DNA of 63,257 nucleotides from Prasinococcaceae sp. CCMP 1430. Taxonomy: Eukaryota > Plantae > Prasinodermophyta. Below the pieces are notes generated by a model that saw nothing but the letters and a program-made list of their open reading frames with translations, did not search any database and was not told the origin of the DNA. The stretch is taken from assembly GCA_013416795.1 (NCBI GenBank), contig RQSC01001094.1, forward strand, positions 1 to 63,257, given 5' to 3'. Within the stretch, counting starts at the first letter, position 1. Each line of letters starts with the position of its first letter. Both the position numbers and the translations under genes were made by a program. Of the stretch, positions 19,920 through 30,088 are shown one piece after another.

Positions 19920-20638
19920 GTGCGGCTGTTGGAGATTTGAATTTTCCGCCACGAACATTTGGCTGGCAGGTTTGCGCATGGCATGCTGCGGGGGGTGGGG
20001 CTCGCGCTGGGGAAGGGGGGGGGCACTGCGGGCGCCAGCGGGCGGGGCGCGGGGCGTGGAGGTGCCACTGCGCGCGTGGGGCCGTGGGTAGCGCCCCTCC
20101 TCATTCGGTCCNCGTGCGGTCTGACACCAACGAGCCACCCGATGCCGACGATGTGGTTGAGGCTTGCACGGAGAGCGCAGTACACATGGTGCTCTTCCAT
20201 TGGGTCGCCACGCAAGCCCTGCCATCGCTGGGCTATGATGTGCGAACGTTCGAGTACGCCGACGAGCGCGGCACAACACGCGCATGGCTACGACAGCTTA
20301 GCGACGCGCTGGGACTGACCAGTATGCCCGAGTCAGCCATCGAGAGGGTCTGCGAGGAGATCGATCCAGACCGCATGCGCGCCTTGCAGAACGATATCAA
20401 CTCAGGCCACGAGAGTTCGGGCGGTCAGCACTACGCCGGCTTGGGCGGCGGACCGGGCGGAGAGTCGAACAACAACATGCGCAAGGTTGCCACGGCGAGC
20501 GCGCGCGCCTACGAGACGCAACTCTCGCCCGACGTGGTCGCACGCTGCAAGGCCGCGGCGGCATTCCACCTGCCGCGTGACCTCGCCGAGTTGTACTACG
20601 GGGAGGAGGAGCTTCTTCGCGGCGACGGAGCTCGCTGA
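19920..20638 (+). CDS. Sulfotransferase paralog, copy 3 (5' flank plus 3' half; middle missing at N 20112)
   Basis: 19920-20110 matches 17830-18037; 20113-20638 matches 19111 onward; ends EELLRGDGAR*. Confidence 0.7.
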
Positions 20639-20969
20639 TGGAGCCCGAGATGAAAGAATAGCTGGGACCACGATGAGATGGCTTTCAGTCGGAATCAACA
20701 GTGCGCTAGGTCCGGCCCAGAATATATCCGTTATGCTCGTACACACTTTCTGTCTCATTCTCCCTCTCGTTTAGACTAGGACTAGACTAGTACTGTTGTC
20801 ACAAGTGACTATTTGAATGGATGAACTGCTGTTTTTGGCGCCAAAATCGATGCTTGATGAGTAGTCTAGTCTAGACTAGTACTAGTCAATCACATGATTG
20901 TACTGTACCAAGTTTTGTATCAGTCTATGGTTTCCGTTTCGTTTCTGGCTGAGGCGAGGAAGGGCCGCC

Positions 20970-23045
20970 ATGCGGGGCGTCGGGCTGCGGCGCGCCACAG
21001 CGGGTGCGCTGGGGTGGGGCGGGCGCGAGCGGCCCGCACAGCGCACCGCGGAGGGAGGGGGCACGGGACATCGCGTAGCTCCGTCCCGCGGGATGGGCAC
21101 GGCTGCCCGGAGTGGCGCGGGGCGCTGCGATGGCGGCGTTGGCCCGCGCACCCGCGCGGTGCCCTCCGCGGTTTTCGTCCGCTTTCGTGCCCTCGTCCTC
21201 GTCGTCAATGCGGCGCTCGCGCTCCTGAGCCTGGTCCCGCCGGCTGAAGGTGTTGGCGGCACGCGGCGTTCGGATCCGAGCCTGCGGGAGCTCGAGGGGC
21301 GCCTCGAAGGAAAGGTGTCTGACCACGCGGTGCGTCGTGCCGAGGCCGTTCCGGGTGGTTCGAGACGCCGGCAGCGAGGAGAGCGAAACGATGGCGTGGC
21401 CGCCAGCGACTGGTGGCCCGAGGAGGGCGACTGCTCGGCGATGCTTGCCGGTCTCGCCTCGGTCCACGTTCGAAGCAACTACCTGTCTGCGAGCGGCGAA
21501 GAGGGCGGCGATGCGAAGAATGTTGTGCAAGAAGGGTTCATGCCTGTGTCGTTCGAGCCTCGGCACTTCGTGTGTGATGCGCACCGCGCGAGGGGTGCGC
21601 TGCTGTCGGCCGAAGCGCACGACTGGCCTAGTGCTGCGCGCGACAAGGCCACCGGTGCCGCGGTAGTGCGCGCCGCCGACAGTGCCAGCGTGTTCAGCGG
21701 CGCGAAGAGCGGCGGCGGCAGTGCCAGTACTGGGGACGAGGCCGAGCGGGCGCTCATATATTGGATGCATGAGCGCAAGGCGGGCGGTGACCTCGTCAAG
21801 GGGTGCATGAACGTGCCGACGAAAGGTCATAACTTTGGTTTTTACGGCAAGGATGAGGAGATACCATTCGGGCGGCAAGAGTACTGTAACCGGTCGCAAT
21901 CACTGCTCGCGAACACCTCCGCGTTGACGGTCGTGACCGAGTACTTTGCGCCGCCGGTGATGTGCATGCACGACGAGGCGGTGATGCGACACACGAGCTT
22001 CGTGGCCGTCGTACGCCACCCACTCTTCCGCTGGCAGAGCGAGCTTTCATGGAGTTCGGCAATCGCAAAGCTCGATGGCGTTTGGCAGCTTTTTGCGGAG
22101 GAGCCTCCCCCGCTTGGCGGATGCGAGCCGGGCCGCCCTTGCACCGGGTCTGGTGGCATACGAGAATACCTGCAGCCCGGCAAGCTCAGCCCGAGGTCAC
22201 GCGAGCGCATCAGCGACGCGCAGCTCGAGGCGGCCATGCGTTCCCTGCGCTCCTGGATGGATAACACCTGGGATGGAGGAAAACGTTGCAGGGATATGCG
22301 AGACAAAGACATGAAAGCAGCAGGCCCGCGAGACAAGGCTCTGTCGAGGGCTGGGCATATCACAGAAAGCTGCTACATTGACAATTATCTCGTGCGTCTT
22401 CTGTCACAGAATTGCTCCTGCGATGTTGGTTTGCTTCAGACGGCGAGGCGTGCATCCAGCGACACACTTTACCTCCACACTAACCGCGACGGGTGCGAAA
22501 TCAACTATCACCGCCGGGTGACGTACGAGGATTTCCTGCTGGCACGGCAAGCTGCGGCTTCATTCAACGCACTTGTTCCACTCGAGCGTCTCCAGTGCGA
22601 CGCGAAGCGGGTGTTCGCACTCCTGGGTGGCAACACCGGCGCGTCGATGCACCCTGACTTCTCGCTCCCGTCGGGCAGTCACGTCAGCACGCTGGAGATC
22701 CGCGTACTGGAGGTGCCGGAGCTTCGCGCGATGCTCGAGGCGGACAACATGTACGACCTGGTGAGTCTGCGCTAGCGGCGGGCGCTGCGGCGCCCACCCA
22801 TCCGATGACAACAGACTGACTGACTGAGTGCGCCGCACGCGCGCATCGAGTGCGCTGACACATCGCTGCTCATTCCCGACGCCAACGCGTCTCGCTGCTC
22901 CGCGCATGCGGCCCCCCGCACGCGCGCACAGATGCTCTACGAGTGGATTTCCCAGGAGCTCTATCCGAGCTACTTCTGCGAGCCGCCCCTCGTGTCGCCG
23001 GCGCTCGATCCCAACGCCCGAAATGCGCTCGGGCGCTCGCGCTGA
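20970..23045 (+). CDS. Type II membrane sulfotransferase (Sulfotransfer_2-like), 2 exons
   Basis: Anchor FVRFRALVLVVNAALALLSLV, IYWMHERKAGG (5'-PSB), FVAVVRHPLFRWQSE (3'-PB). Intron 22761-22931 (GTGAGT...CAG) restores the C-terminal N.YDL.LYEW motif. Confidence 0.75.
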
Positions 23046-23599
23046 TGGCGCCGCGAGGATCTGCGCGTACCCCACCACACGGCTTTTCAAGTACAGTAGT
23101 GCTAGTACGAAGTACAGTAACCAGCGACTCTGCGCTGATGCGCAAAAGTGCATTCATTCTGCTTATGTCTACGGCCGAAATCGAAATCGAATTGGAATTG
23201 CAACGCAATGTGGCGCCAACACCCGCGCGCGAGCGAAGGTCAATATGCATTTGAATTCGAGTAGGCGCGACGGCGCCGACGGCCACACCGCGCGCGCATG
23301 GCGGCGGCGGCGGCCACCGCAGCGTACAGCGCCCTCGCTGCCACGCACGCAGGGTTCGTGGCCCGGGCGGCGGCGCGCGTGTGGTCGGGTAGGGGAACTT
23401 TTTTTTTGCGCGGCAGCAGCGATCGGCTAGTCGGCGTGCAGGGAGAGGCACGCAGACATCGGTCGCTCGAGCTTGGGTCGCGCTGGGCACCGCCCGAGCC
23501 GCGTGCGCGGCAGTAGCTCGCGGTATGCGGGCGTTGGAGGCTCATGCGGACGGCCCGCGCCTCGCGCGATGCGCGCGATGCGGCTTCTCTCGCCTCGCA

Positions 23600-25000
23600 A
23601 TGTACGGCGCTGCGCTCGTGCTACTCGCATTGACGACAGGCACGCTCTTGGCGTCGCAGAGGCAGGTGGGTAAGAACAGAGATGCCCGCGCGGGCATCGA
23701 AAGCAGAAGTTCGCACCGCCTCCTATTGGGAATGGGAGGGCCTGAGATCTCATCGCGCAGAGACAGTCGTGGCGGCTGGACCACCGACTCCGTCCTGCCC
23801 CACGCGCGTAGCGAAGGGGACATTCTGGCCTTCGTCGCAGTATTCACTGGCTTTGGCGAAAGCTCCGCTGCTCGACGAGCCAACTTGCGCGCGACGTGGT
23901 TCCCGGCCTCGCGTGACGCGCTGGCCAAATTTGAAGAGAGACACAGCATCGCCATGCGATTCGCTGTAGGGGATGCCGATGCGAGCGCACCAGTAGGTAA
24001 CATCACAGCGCAGGAAGCCGAAGCAGCGCTGCAAGCAGAGGTCGACATCTATGGAGGCTTCATGCGCATGCACGGCGTTACGGAGCGCTACAGCAATTTG
24101 CCTCACAAAACGCGCACCTTCTTCGCGTCTGCAGCGCGCCACCCGCTGCTGTCGCGGGCGCAGTGGCTGGTGAAGATTGATGACGACGTGTACGGTGCGT
24201 CGGGCAGGACAATGCGCCGGTCGCCAGCGCGTGGCTGCCAGTGGCGTTGAGCTCGCCACGCCGTGCACTTGCCAGAATGTCCGGATCTATCCATCTCGCA
24301 ATCGGATTTGTGATCATCTCTGACTGTCCTGCTCACAGTCATACCTCGCAACCTAAACGCAGTGTTGCGCCGGCACACTCCTGCGTCGGGTGCAGAGCAG
24401 CGCATTTACCTCGGGGTCGTTAAAGCGGGTGATATTTACCGCCCCGGCCATGAGGGCTGGGGGAGCAAGGTGCGCTCGCTTAGCAACGCCTTTCAGAGCG
24501 GTGGCCAGCCCCGTCGTCGTGCCCGATCTGAGCGGCGCCTGCAAGCAGCTGACGCGCATGCGCCATGCCCTGCGCGTCAAGTGGGTGGAGCCAAGCTGGG
24601 GGCTGCTCGCGTCGCAATACTATCCGAACTGCTTCGGTACCGCCTACGCCGTGTCACAAGCAGCTGCTGCTCAGTTGGGATCGTTTGCCGGCTCGGCGCT
24701 TCGGTATCTCGCGAATGAAGATACGATGATGGTGCGCACGCGCACGCCCGCATGCGCACGCGCTCGTGCGTGCGCGTTCTAACACGCACGCACGCGCGCA
24801 CGCACGCGCGCGTTCACACCCAGGGACTGTGGAGCATTGCGTTCGGCTGGGACATGGTGAACGAGCCGGACCTGGGTAGGGCGCGGTGCGGCGAGGGCGC
24901 AGCGGTGGTGTACGAAGTATGGGAATGCGCGGGGCTCTGCCACCCGGAGAAAGATATGTCCGCTCTACATGCCAATTCCTCGTGCAACTTGGACTCGTGA
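23600..25000 (+). CDS. GT31 beta-1,3-galactosyltransferase (AGP/hydroxyproline GalT-like), about 4 exons
   Basis: Anchor MYGAALVLLALTTGTLL, VAVFTGF...RRANLRATWFP, RFAVG, ERYSNLPHKTRTFF, WLVKIDDDVY (DxD), IYLGVVKAG, W.EP...YYPNCFGTAYAVS, LANEDTMM/GLW, and a Cys-containing tail CAGLCHPE. Introns start GTGCG. Confidence 0.9.
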
Positions 25001-25861
25001 ACATAGCCACGCACTCTTACCATCGCACCCCTCGACTATCGTTTGTGACCACCGCCACCGCCCTCATACCATTGAACTCATCTCTCGACTATCGTTTCCT
25101 CTCAGTATACACGGGGCGCATCCCCGCGCGCGTCCGGTCTCCCTCTCCCATAGCTACTGTAGCTATGCTGCTCAAAATGTAACACCCCGCGGAAAATTTT
25201 GGGTGCGAAAATCAAATTTGAGGCGAACAGGCGGCTCGACGCTGTACCCGTCTCCCCCTGTGCGGGGGAAGGGGGGGGGTACTGGGTCGACCGTTATCGC
25301 AATTGGACGTGGAGAAGTCGATCGTGAGCCGCGGCGCTGCGGCTCTGCCTCCTCCCCGCCCTGCACGGCCTCTGCCGTGCCGAGCCGCTCGGCGCTCGCT
25401 GCGCGCCGAGTGGCGCTCTGCTGCCAACTCTCGCTCTCAATTATACAGTTTCGCCGGTGGGCAGCACTTGTGCAAGTGTAGGCTAGGGCGTGGCGCTGGC
25501 CGGGGTGTGCCGCGGGGGCCTTTTCTGGCAATGTAGAGACATGGTTACGAGTCCTTCGCGGCCGCGCGACCAGTCGCGCGTGGCCTCGCTTCAGGGCCCC
25601 CTCCGTAGTAGCCACGTCGGCAATCCTGTACAGTAGGACTTTTTAGTAGTCTCGGACTATGCATCGAGATGATGGCCGTTCGCTCGGTGTGCGAGGCTCA
25701 GGATGCGAGCCTGCGAGTGCGTGCGGCCAGCTGGCAGGTCCACAGCGCGCGCACCCGGCGGCGCCTCCCCGCCCGGCCCGCCCCCCCGCGCGCCGCCACC
25801 CCTGTCCATGCGTCGAAGGCGCCGCGCTGGGTAAAGAGCGGCGTTGGTTGGCGTTGAGTGG

Positions 25862-27094
25862 ATGGGTCCTGCGGCGAGGGCGCGCCCGCGTCAGCGCCGC
25901 GGTTTGCGGGGGCGGCGGCGGGGCGAGGGGAGAGCGGCGGCAGCGGCGGTGGCGGCGGCCCTCATGCTGGCCTGTGACGCCGCCGTCGTGAGAGCTCACT
26001 TGAGCGACGCGGCGCTCCTGGCCCTGGCGGCACGCTACGACGAGACGCGCGCTCTGGCGCTGCGTGCGGCGGCCGAGGGCGGCGCCTCAGGGCGCGGCGT
26101 CGGGTGGCTGCACATACCTAAGTGCGGGACCGCTTTCGGCGTGGCGCTGTACCACTACGCGTGCCGGCGGTAGGGACGCTTACGGTGGTGGGAGGGTACG
26201 CCGTCGTTTAACGGGTTGCGTACGAAACCAAACTGCAGGATCCAATCTGAGACGGTGCCGTACGCGAACGGCGAGGGCAGGCGCCCTCTTCGCCAGGGAT
26301 ATCCGGTCGGCAGAATACATAGCGACCTCGTGGACGGCTATCCAATGGCCAGGTGGTGCCCGCGCGCGCGCTTTGCCAATGTCAAAGGGGATCACACACC
26401 GTACATTTTGCTGCGCAGAAAGGCCAGGCACGAAGGCAACGCAGGCGTGGCCTGGGCCACCATGCTGCGTCGGCCCAAGCAGCGCCTCTTGAGCGCCTAC
26501 GGCGCGGGGTTGCACGCCATGAGGATGTCCAAGGACTACGCATTCGCTATGTACGCGCTCGTGGAGACGCCGCTCATGTTTGCGCGCGTGGGGGGCGTGG
26601 CGGGTTGCCAGACGAAATCCTTACTGGACAAGCACTGCGGGCAGAGAGGCGAGCGCAGGGACGGGCTGCGGCGTGGGGATGTCGCCAGGGCGAAGCGCGT
26701 GCTCGCCGAACAGTTCACGTATTTTGGGATTACGGACAGGTGCGCAATCCAAGAGTGGGCGCAGATAGACACGCGTTGTGTGCAAGCGTCGCGCTGCCGA
26801 GGCCCTGACCGCCGCCGCCGGCGCGCCCGCAGGTGGCAAGAATCTATTGCGCTGTGGCATGCCGTGGTCGGGACACCTGCTCCGCCCGAGCAGCTCGCCG
26901 TCGAGCTCATGGACAGCAGGCACACGCCCTCGAACGGCTTCGACGCGCGCGAGCAAGTGGACGTTGGATCGCAGGCGAGGCGCTACGACGAGTCGGCGCT
27001 TGACGGCTTCGAGGACGAGGCGGACGAGGAGGTCTACAGGTTCGCGGAGTTCGAGAAGCTCCGCTCCGAGCGCGCGAAGTTGCAGTGCCAGTGA
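25862..27094 (+). CDS. Type II membrane sulfotransferase (Sulfotransfer_2/Gal3ST-like), about 3 exons
   Basis: Anchor AAAAAVAAALMLAC, VGWLHIPKCGT (5'-PSB), ATMLRRPKQRLLSAY (3'-PB), FTYFGITDR/WQESIALWH, and D.ADEEVY..A. Confidence 0.8.
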
Positions 27095-27263
27095 CCCAGT
27101 GGTACACACACGTAGACTAGACTACTGTGCGGGTGTCGCGCCTGGAGGACCCACTCAAGCGTCCTTCCGCGCGGCGGCAAAGGCGGTGCACACGTCGCGC
27201 GCGGCGTGGCGCCCGACAGACAGCCCCGCTCGCGCTGACGGTGAGCCCCTTCCTTCCCTCCTC

Positions 27264-27298
27264 ATTAGGGTTAGGGTTTATATTAGGGTTAGGGTTTA
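27264..27298. repeat. Interstitial telomere-like repeat: (ATTAGGGTTAGGGTTTA) x2
   Basis: Four TTAGGG units arranged as a 17-bp direct repeat in intergenic DNA. Confidence 0.85.
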
Positions 27299-28078
27299 CT
27301 ACTTGTTTCAGATGCGAACTGTTGAGGGCATCCCTCGCGCGTTCGTTTTGACCTCGGGGCGTTCCCGTTCCCCCGCGCGCGTTTGAACGCGCCCGCCCGC
27401 GGCGACGCGCCGCAGCGGTGGCGGGGTCCGGTGTGTGTGGGGGGGGTGTCCGGCGTGAAGGGTGGAGGGGTGGCTGTGGGGTGGCGGAGGCGGCGTCCGC
27501 GCGCGCGAGCTGGCGGTGCCACTCCGCGCGCGTCCTGGGAGGGGTGTGTGGGGAGTGGGGGGGGAAGGGAAGGGACGGAGTGAGGGAGGGAGGGTGGGGG
27601 GGGAGGGAGGGCGGGAGAGCGCGTGCCACACACCGTCCCCTTCCGGCACCGCCGACCGACGCCCGACGCGTGACCTCGAAATGAATGCATTTTAAGTCTC
27701 CCGTGGCTAAATGTAATTCCATTAGAAATGACGTAGCCAGAGACCGAGCGCCGGTGCGTTCCCCCGCGGCAGCAGGGGACGGCGCGAGTCCCGCGCGGGC
27801 GAGGGGGTGGGGAGGGGAGGGCGGGGGTGAGGGGCGCCACACGCGCCGACGCCGCGAGATCTCTGCTGCGGTGTGACTGAGGTCATCGGCGCCGCGGCCG
27901 CGGCCGCGGCCGTGGCGACCGATGCGGCGCGGGATCTACAGGTTCGCGCTCAAGCTCTTCGAGGCGAGGCTCGCGCGCTTCAACGTCACGGTCACTGGGT
28001 CACATACATACACGTAATGATGATAGAGTGTACAGGCGCGTCGCGCACGATGGTGGCAGGCATGGCATGCCGAACCGC

Positions 28079-29767
28079 TCAGAATGGCAGGTTGATGAAT
28101 CGTGAGCGGAGCGCCTCGCTCGCCGTGGCGCGCCCCCTCCACAGCGACCCGCGCGGCGCTATGAGCGTCTCGGCAAGGGCCCAGCCAGCGCCGCCGTTCG
28201 CATCCAAGATCTCCGTGTCGAAGCCGTCCATCATGCCCGAACGCCGCGCCTCCCGCAGATCACCGCCGCACCTGTCGAGGGCGCGCTGCCTCCAGCGCTG
28301 GAGCGCCTCCCTGTTCTTCAGCTGCGGAATCGCCAGCTGGAGCAGGACCAAGCCAGCTGAAAAAGTGTCGAAGCACCCCGGCAGGAAGGCCCCGTAGAGC
28401 ACGGGCGACGCCAGCGTGGCGATGGCCGGCACGGTGGCCCGCGGCGTCTTCTTGGGCACGCACAGGAGCTCCGGCGGAGAGTACACCGGGTCGAAGAAGC
28501 CCTGGTCGGGGTTGAAGTTGACTTGCGCGCGAAGGTCGGCCGCTGCACCCATGTCGATGACGCGCAGGCGCCCGCGGCTTCCCAACAGCAGATTGGCCGG
28601 CTTGACGTCCCTGTGCACGATGCCGGCGGCGTCGAGCTTCTTCAGGGCTGCGAGCAGCTGCTTCATGACCTTTCGGACGACTTCCTTGCGCCTGCGCAAG
28701 TCGAGGCCCTCATCGCGCAGCCCCTCCTGCTCGCGCCCCCGCAGCCACGCATCGAGGGAGGCCAGCGGTGCGCGCGAGCGCATCGCGTCGTCCAGGGTGA
28801 GAGCGCCATCGAACTTCCAGACGAGCACCTGCCCGGTGCCATCGCCCGTTTCGAAGCTGCCCAGGTACGGCGCGCCGACGCCCGGCATTGAGACCGCCAT
28901 GCGCTCGTTCATATAGCGCTCGGCCACCGAGGTCTCCGCGGCGCCCACAGCGATGGTGCCCCGGCTCAGGAAGTCGCGGCGCGCCTCGCCCAGCGAGTCA
29001 CGCCTCGTCCTCTTCAGCACGTACTCCCTCTTGTCGCGCCCGGTGCCCTCGGCGAGGTCCACGCGCCCGAAGTTGCCGCCGCCGAGGTTCTGCTGCGTCA
29101 CGAAGCTGTCCTCGCTAAAGCGCCCGCGGAAAAGCCCCAGCACCGGCCGCGCCACGTAGAAGTACAGCACGCCGCTGTACGGTCCCGGGCTGAGGAACGC
29201 GTACGACGCGAGGGCAGCGGTCAGCAGCGGGAAGTCAGAGGCGAACGAGGTCGCGGCCGACGCGGCGGACGTCACCACGGTGGGCAGCTGCACGTGCACG
29301 TCCGCGAGGTCGGATGCCTTGAAGATGCCCTCCAGCGCCTCGGCTGCGCCCGCGGGCAGGGCGCCATTGGCGGCGTCCAGCAGGGCGGGCGCCACCGAAG
29401 CCTGCGCCGCGGCGTCCAGCTCTTCCCCGGCAATCGCCGCTGCGGCCGGGACAACCCCGTCGGCAACCACCGCAACGTTCACGCACGGTTCGCCATTGAG
29501 CGCCTGCACCCAGCAATCGACAGCGTCGTCCACGCCGTTGGCGCCGCTGCCGGCCGCGACCACCGCGCTCCCGCGTCGCGGCGCCCGCAACACACGCGGG
29601 CGAGTCGTTTGCGCCGACGGCCACACGCCCGCCCGCCCGCGAGGCTGCCGCGTCGCAGCGCGCGCGTGTGCCCACCTCACGCCGGAGGGCCGCAACGCAA
29701 CCGCAAAAAGCACAGTCTTATCCACACTGTGGGGCGCAAGCGGCCTCGCCCGGTCCCCATCAAACAC
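28079..29767 (-). CDS. STN8: Thylakoid Ser/Thr kinase, STN7/STN8 family (STN8/Stl1-like)
   Basis: Transit-peptide-like N-terminus and TM segment ASYAFLSPGPYSGVLYFYVARP. Kinase motifs F...DSF....LGGGNFGRV, YMNERM, HRDVKPANLL, IDMGAAADL. The short C-terminus GAGWALAETLI.PRG..RGR..A.EALR.RF is STN8-like. True ATG not located. Confidence 0.8.
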   Translation of the reverse strand: MFDGDRARPLAPHSVDKTVLFAVALRPSGVRWAHARAATRQPRGRAGVWPSAQTTRPRVLRAPRRGSAVVAAGSGANGVDDAVDCWVQALNGEPCVNVAVVADGVVPAAAAIAGEELDAAAQASVAPALLDAANGALPAGAAEALEGIFKASDLADVHVQLPTVVTSAASAATSFASDFPLLTAALASYAFLSPGPYSGVLYFYVARPVLGLFRGRFSEDSFVTQQNLGGGNFGRVDLAEGTGRDKREYVLKRTRRDSLGEARRDFLSRGTIAVGAAETSVAERYMNERMAVSMPGVGAPYLGSFETGDGTGQVLVWKFDGALTLDDAMRSRAPLASLDAWLRGREQEGLRDEGLDLRRRKEVVRKVMKQLLAALKKLDAAGIVHRDVKPANLLLGSRGRLRVIDMGAAADLRAQVNFNPDQGFFDPVYSPPELLCVPKKTPRATVPAIATLASPVLYGAFLPGCFDTFSAGLVLLQLAIPQLKNREALQRWRQRALDRCGGDLREARRSGMMDGFDTEILDANGGAGWALAETLIAPRGSLWRGRATASEALRSRFINLPF

Positions 29768-30088
29768 AACGTTGCCCGTCGCCCGAATCTCCCCTCTGTC
29801 TAGCTAGAGAGATCTGAATTGCTGAAGCAGGTCAAGCTGAACTGAATTGGCCGAATCTAGATCAAGAGGCATCTGCCGCACCATCACATGGTATCGTGCT
29901 CGTGGGTACACCTGCGCGCGCGCGACCAAGGCCATCAATGGCTCCGACGCTTACAGGCGGCTCTTCGCCACGGCGACCAGGGGTAGCGCGCATGCACATA
30001 TTTGAGGCTCTGCTGCACAGAGACAACGCGTTCGTACCATCTTGTCAGGCGCGTGCTCGTGCACCGACCTGCCTCTCTAGCTAGCTAG

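Noticed and set aside
25178-25549. Possible solo LTR (starts TGTAACACCCCG; CGGGGTGT at 25501; GGTTACG at 25543)
   Set aside because: It lacks a terminal CA, has no target-site duplication, and has no second copy or retroelement ORF in the window.
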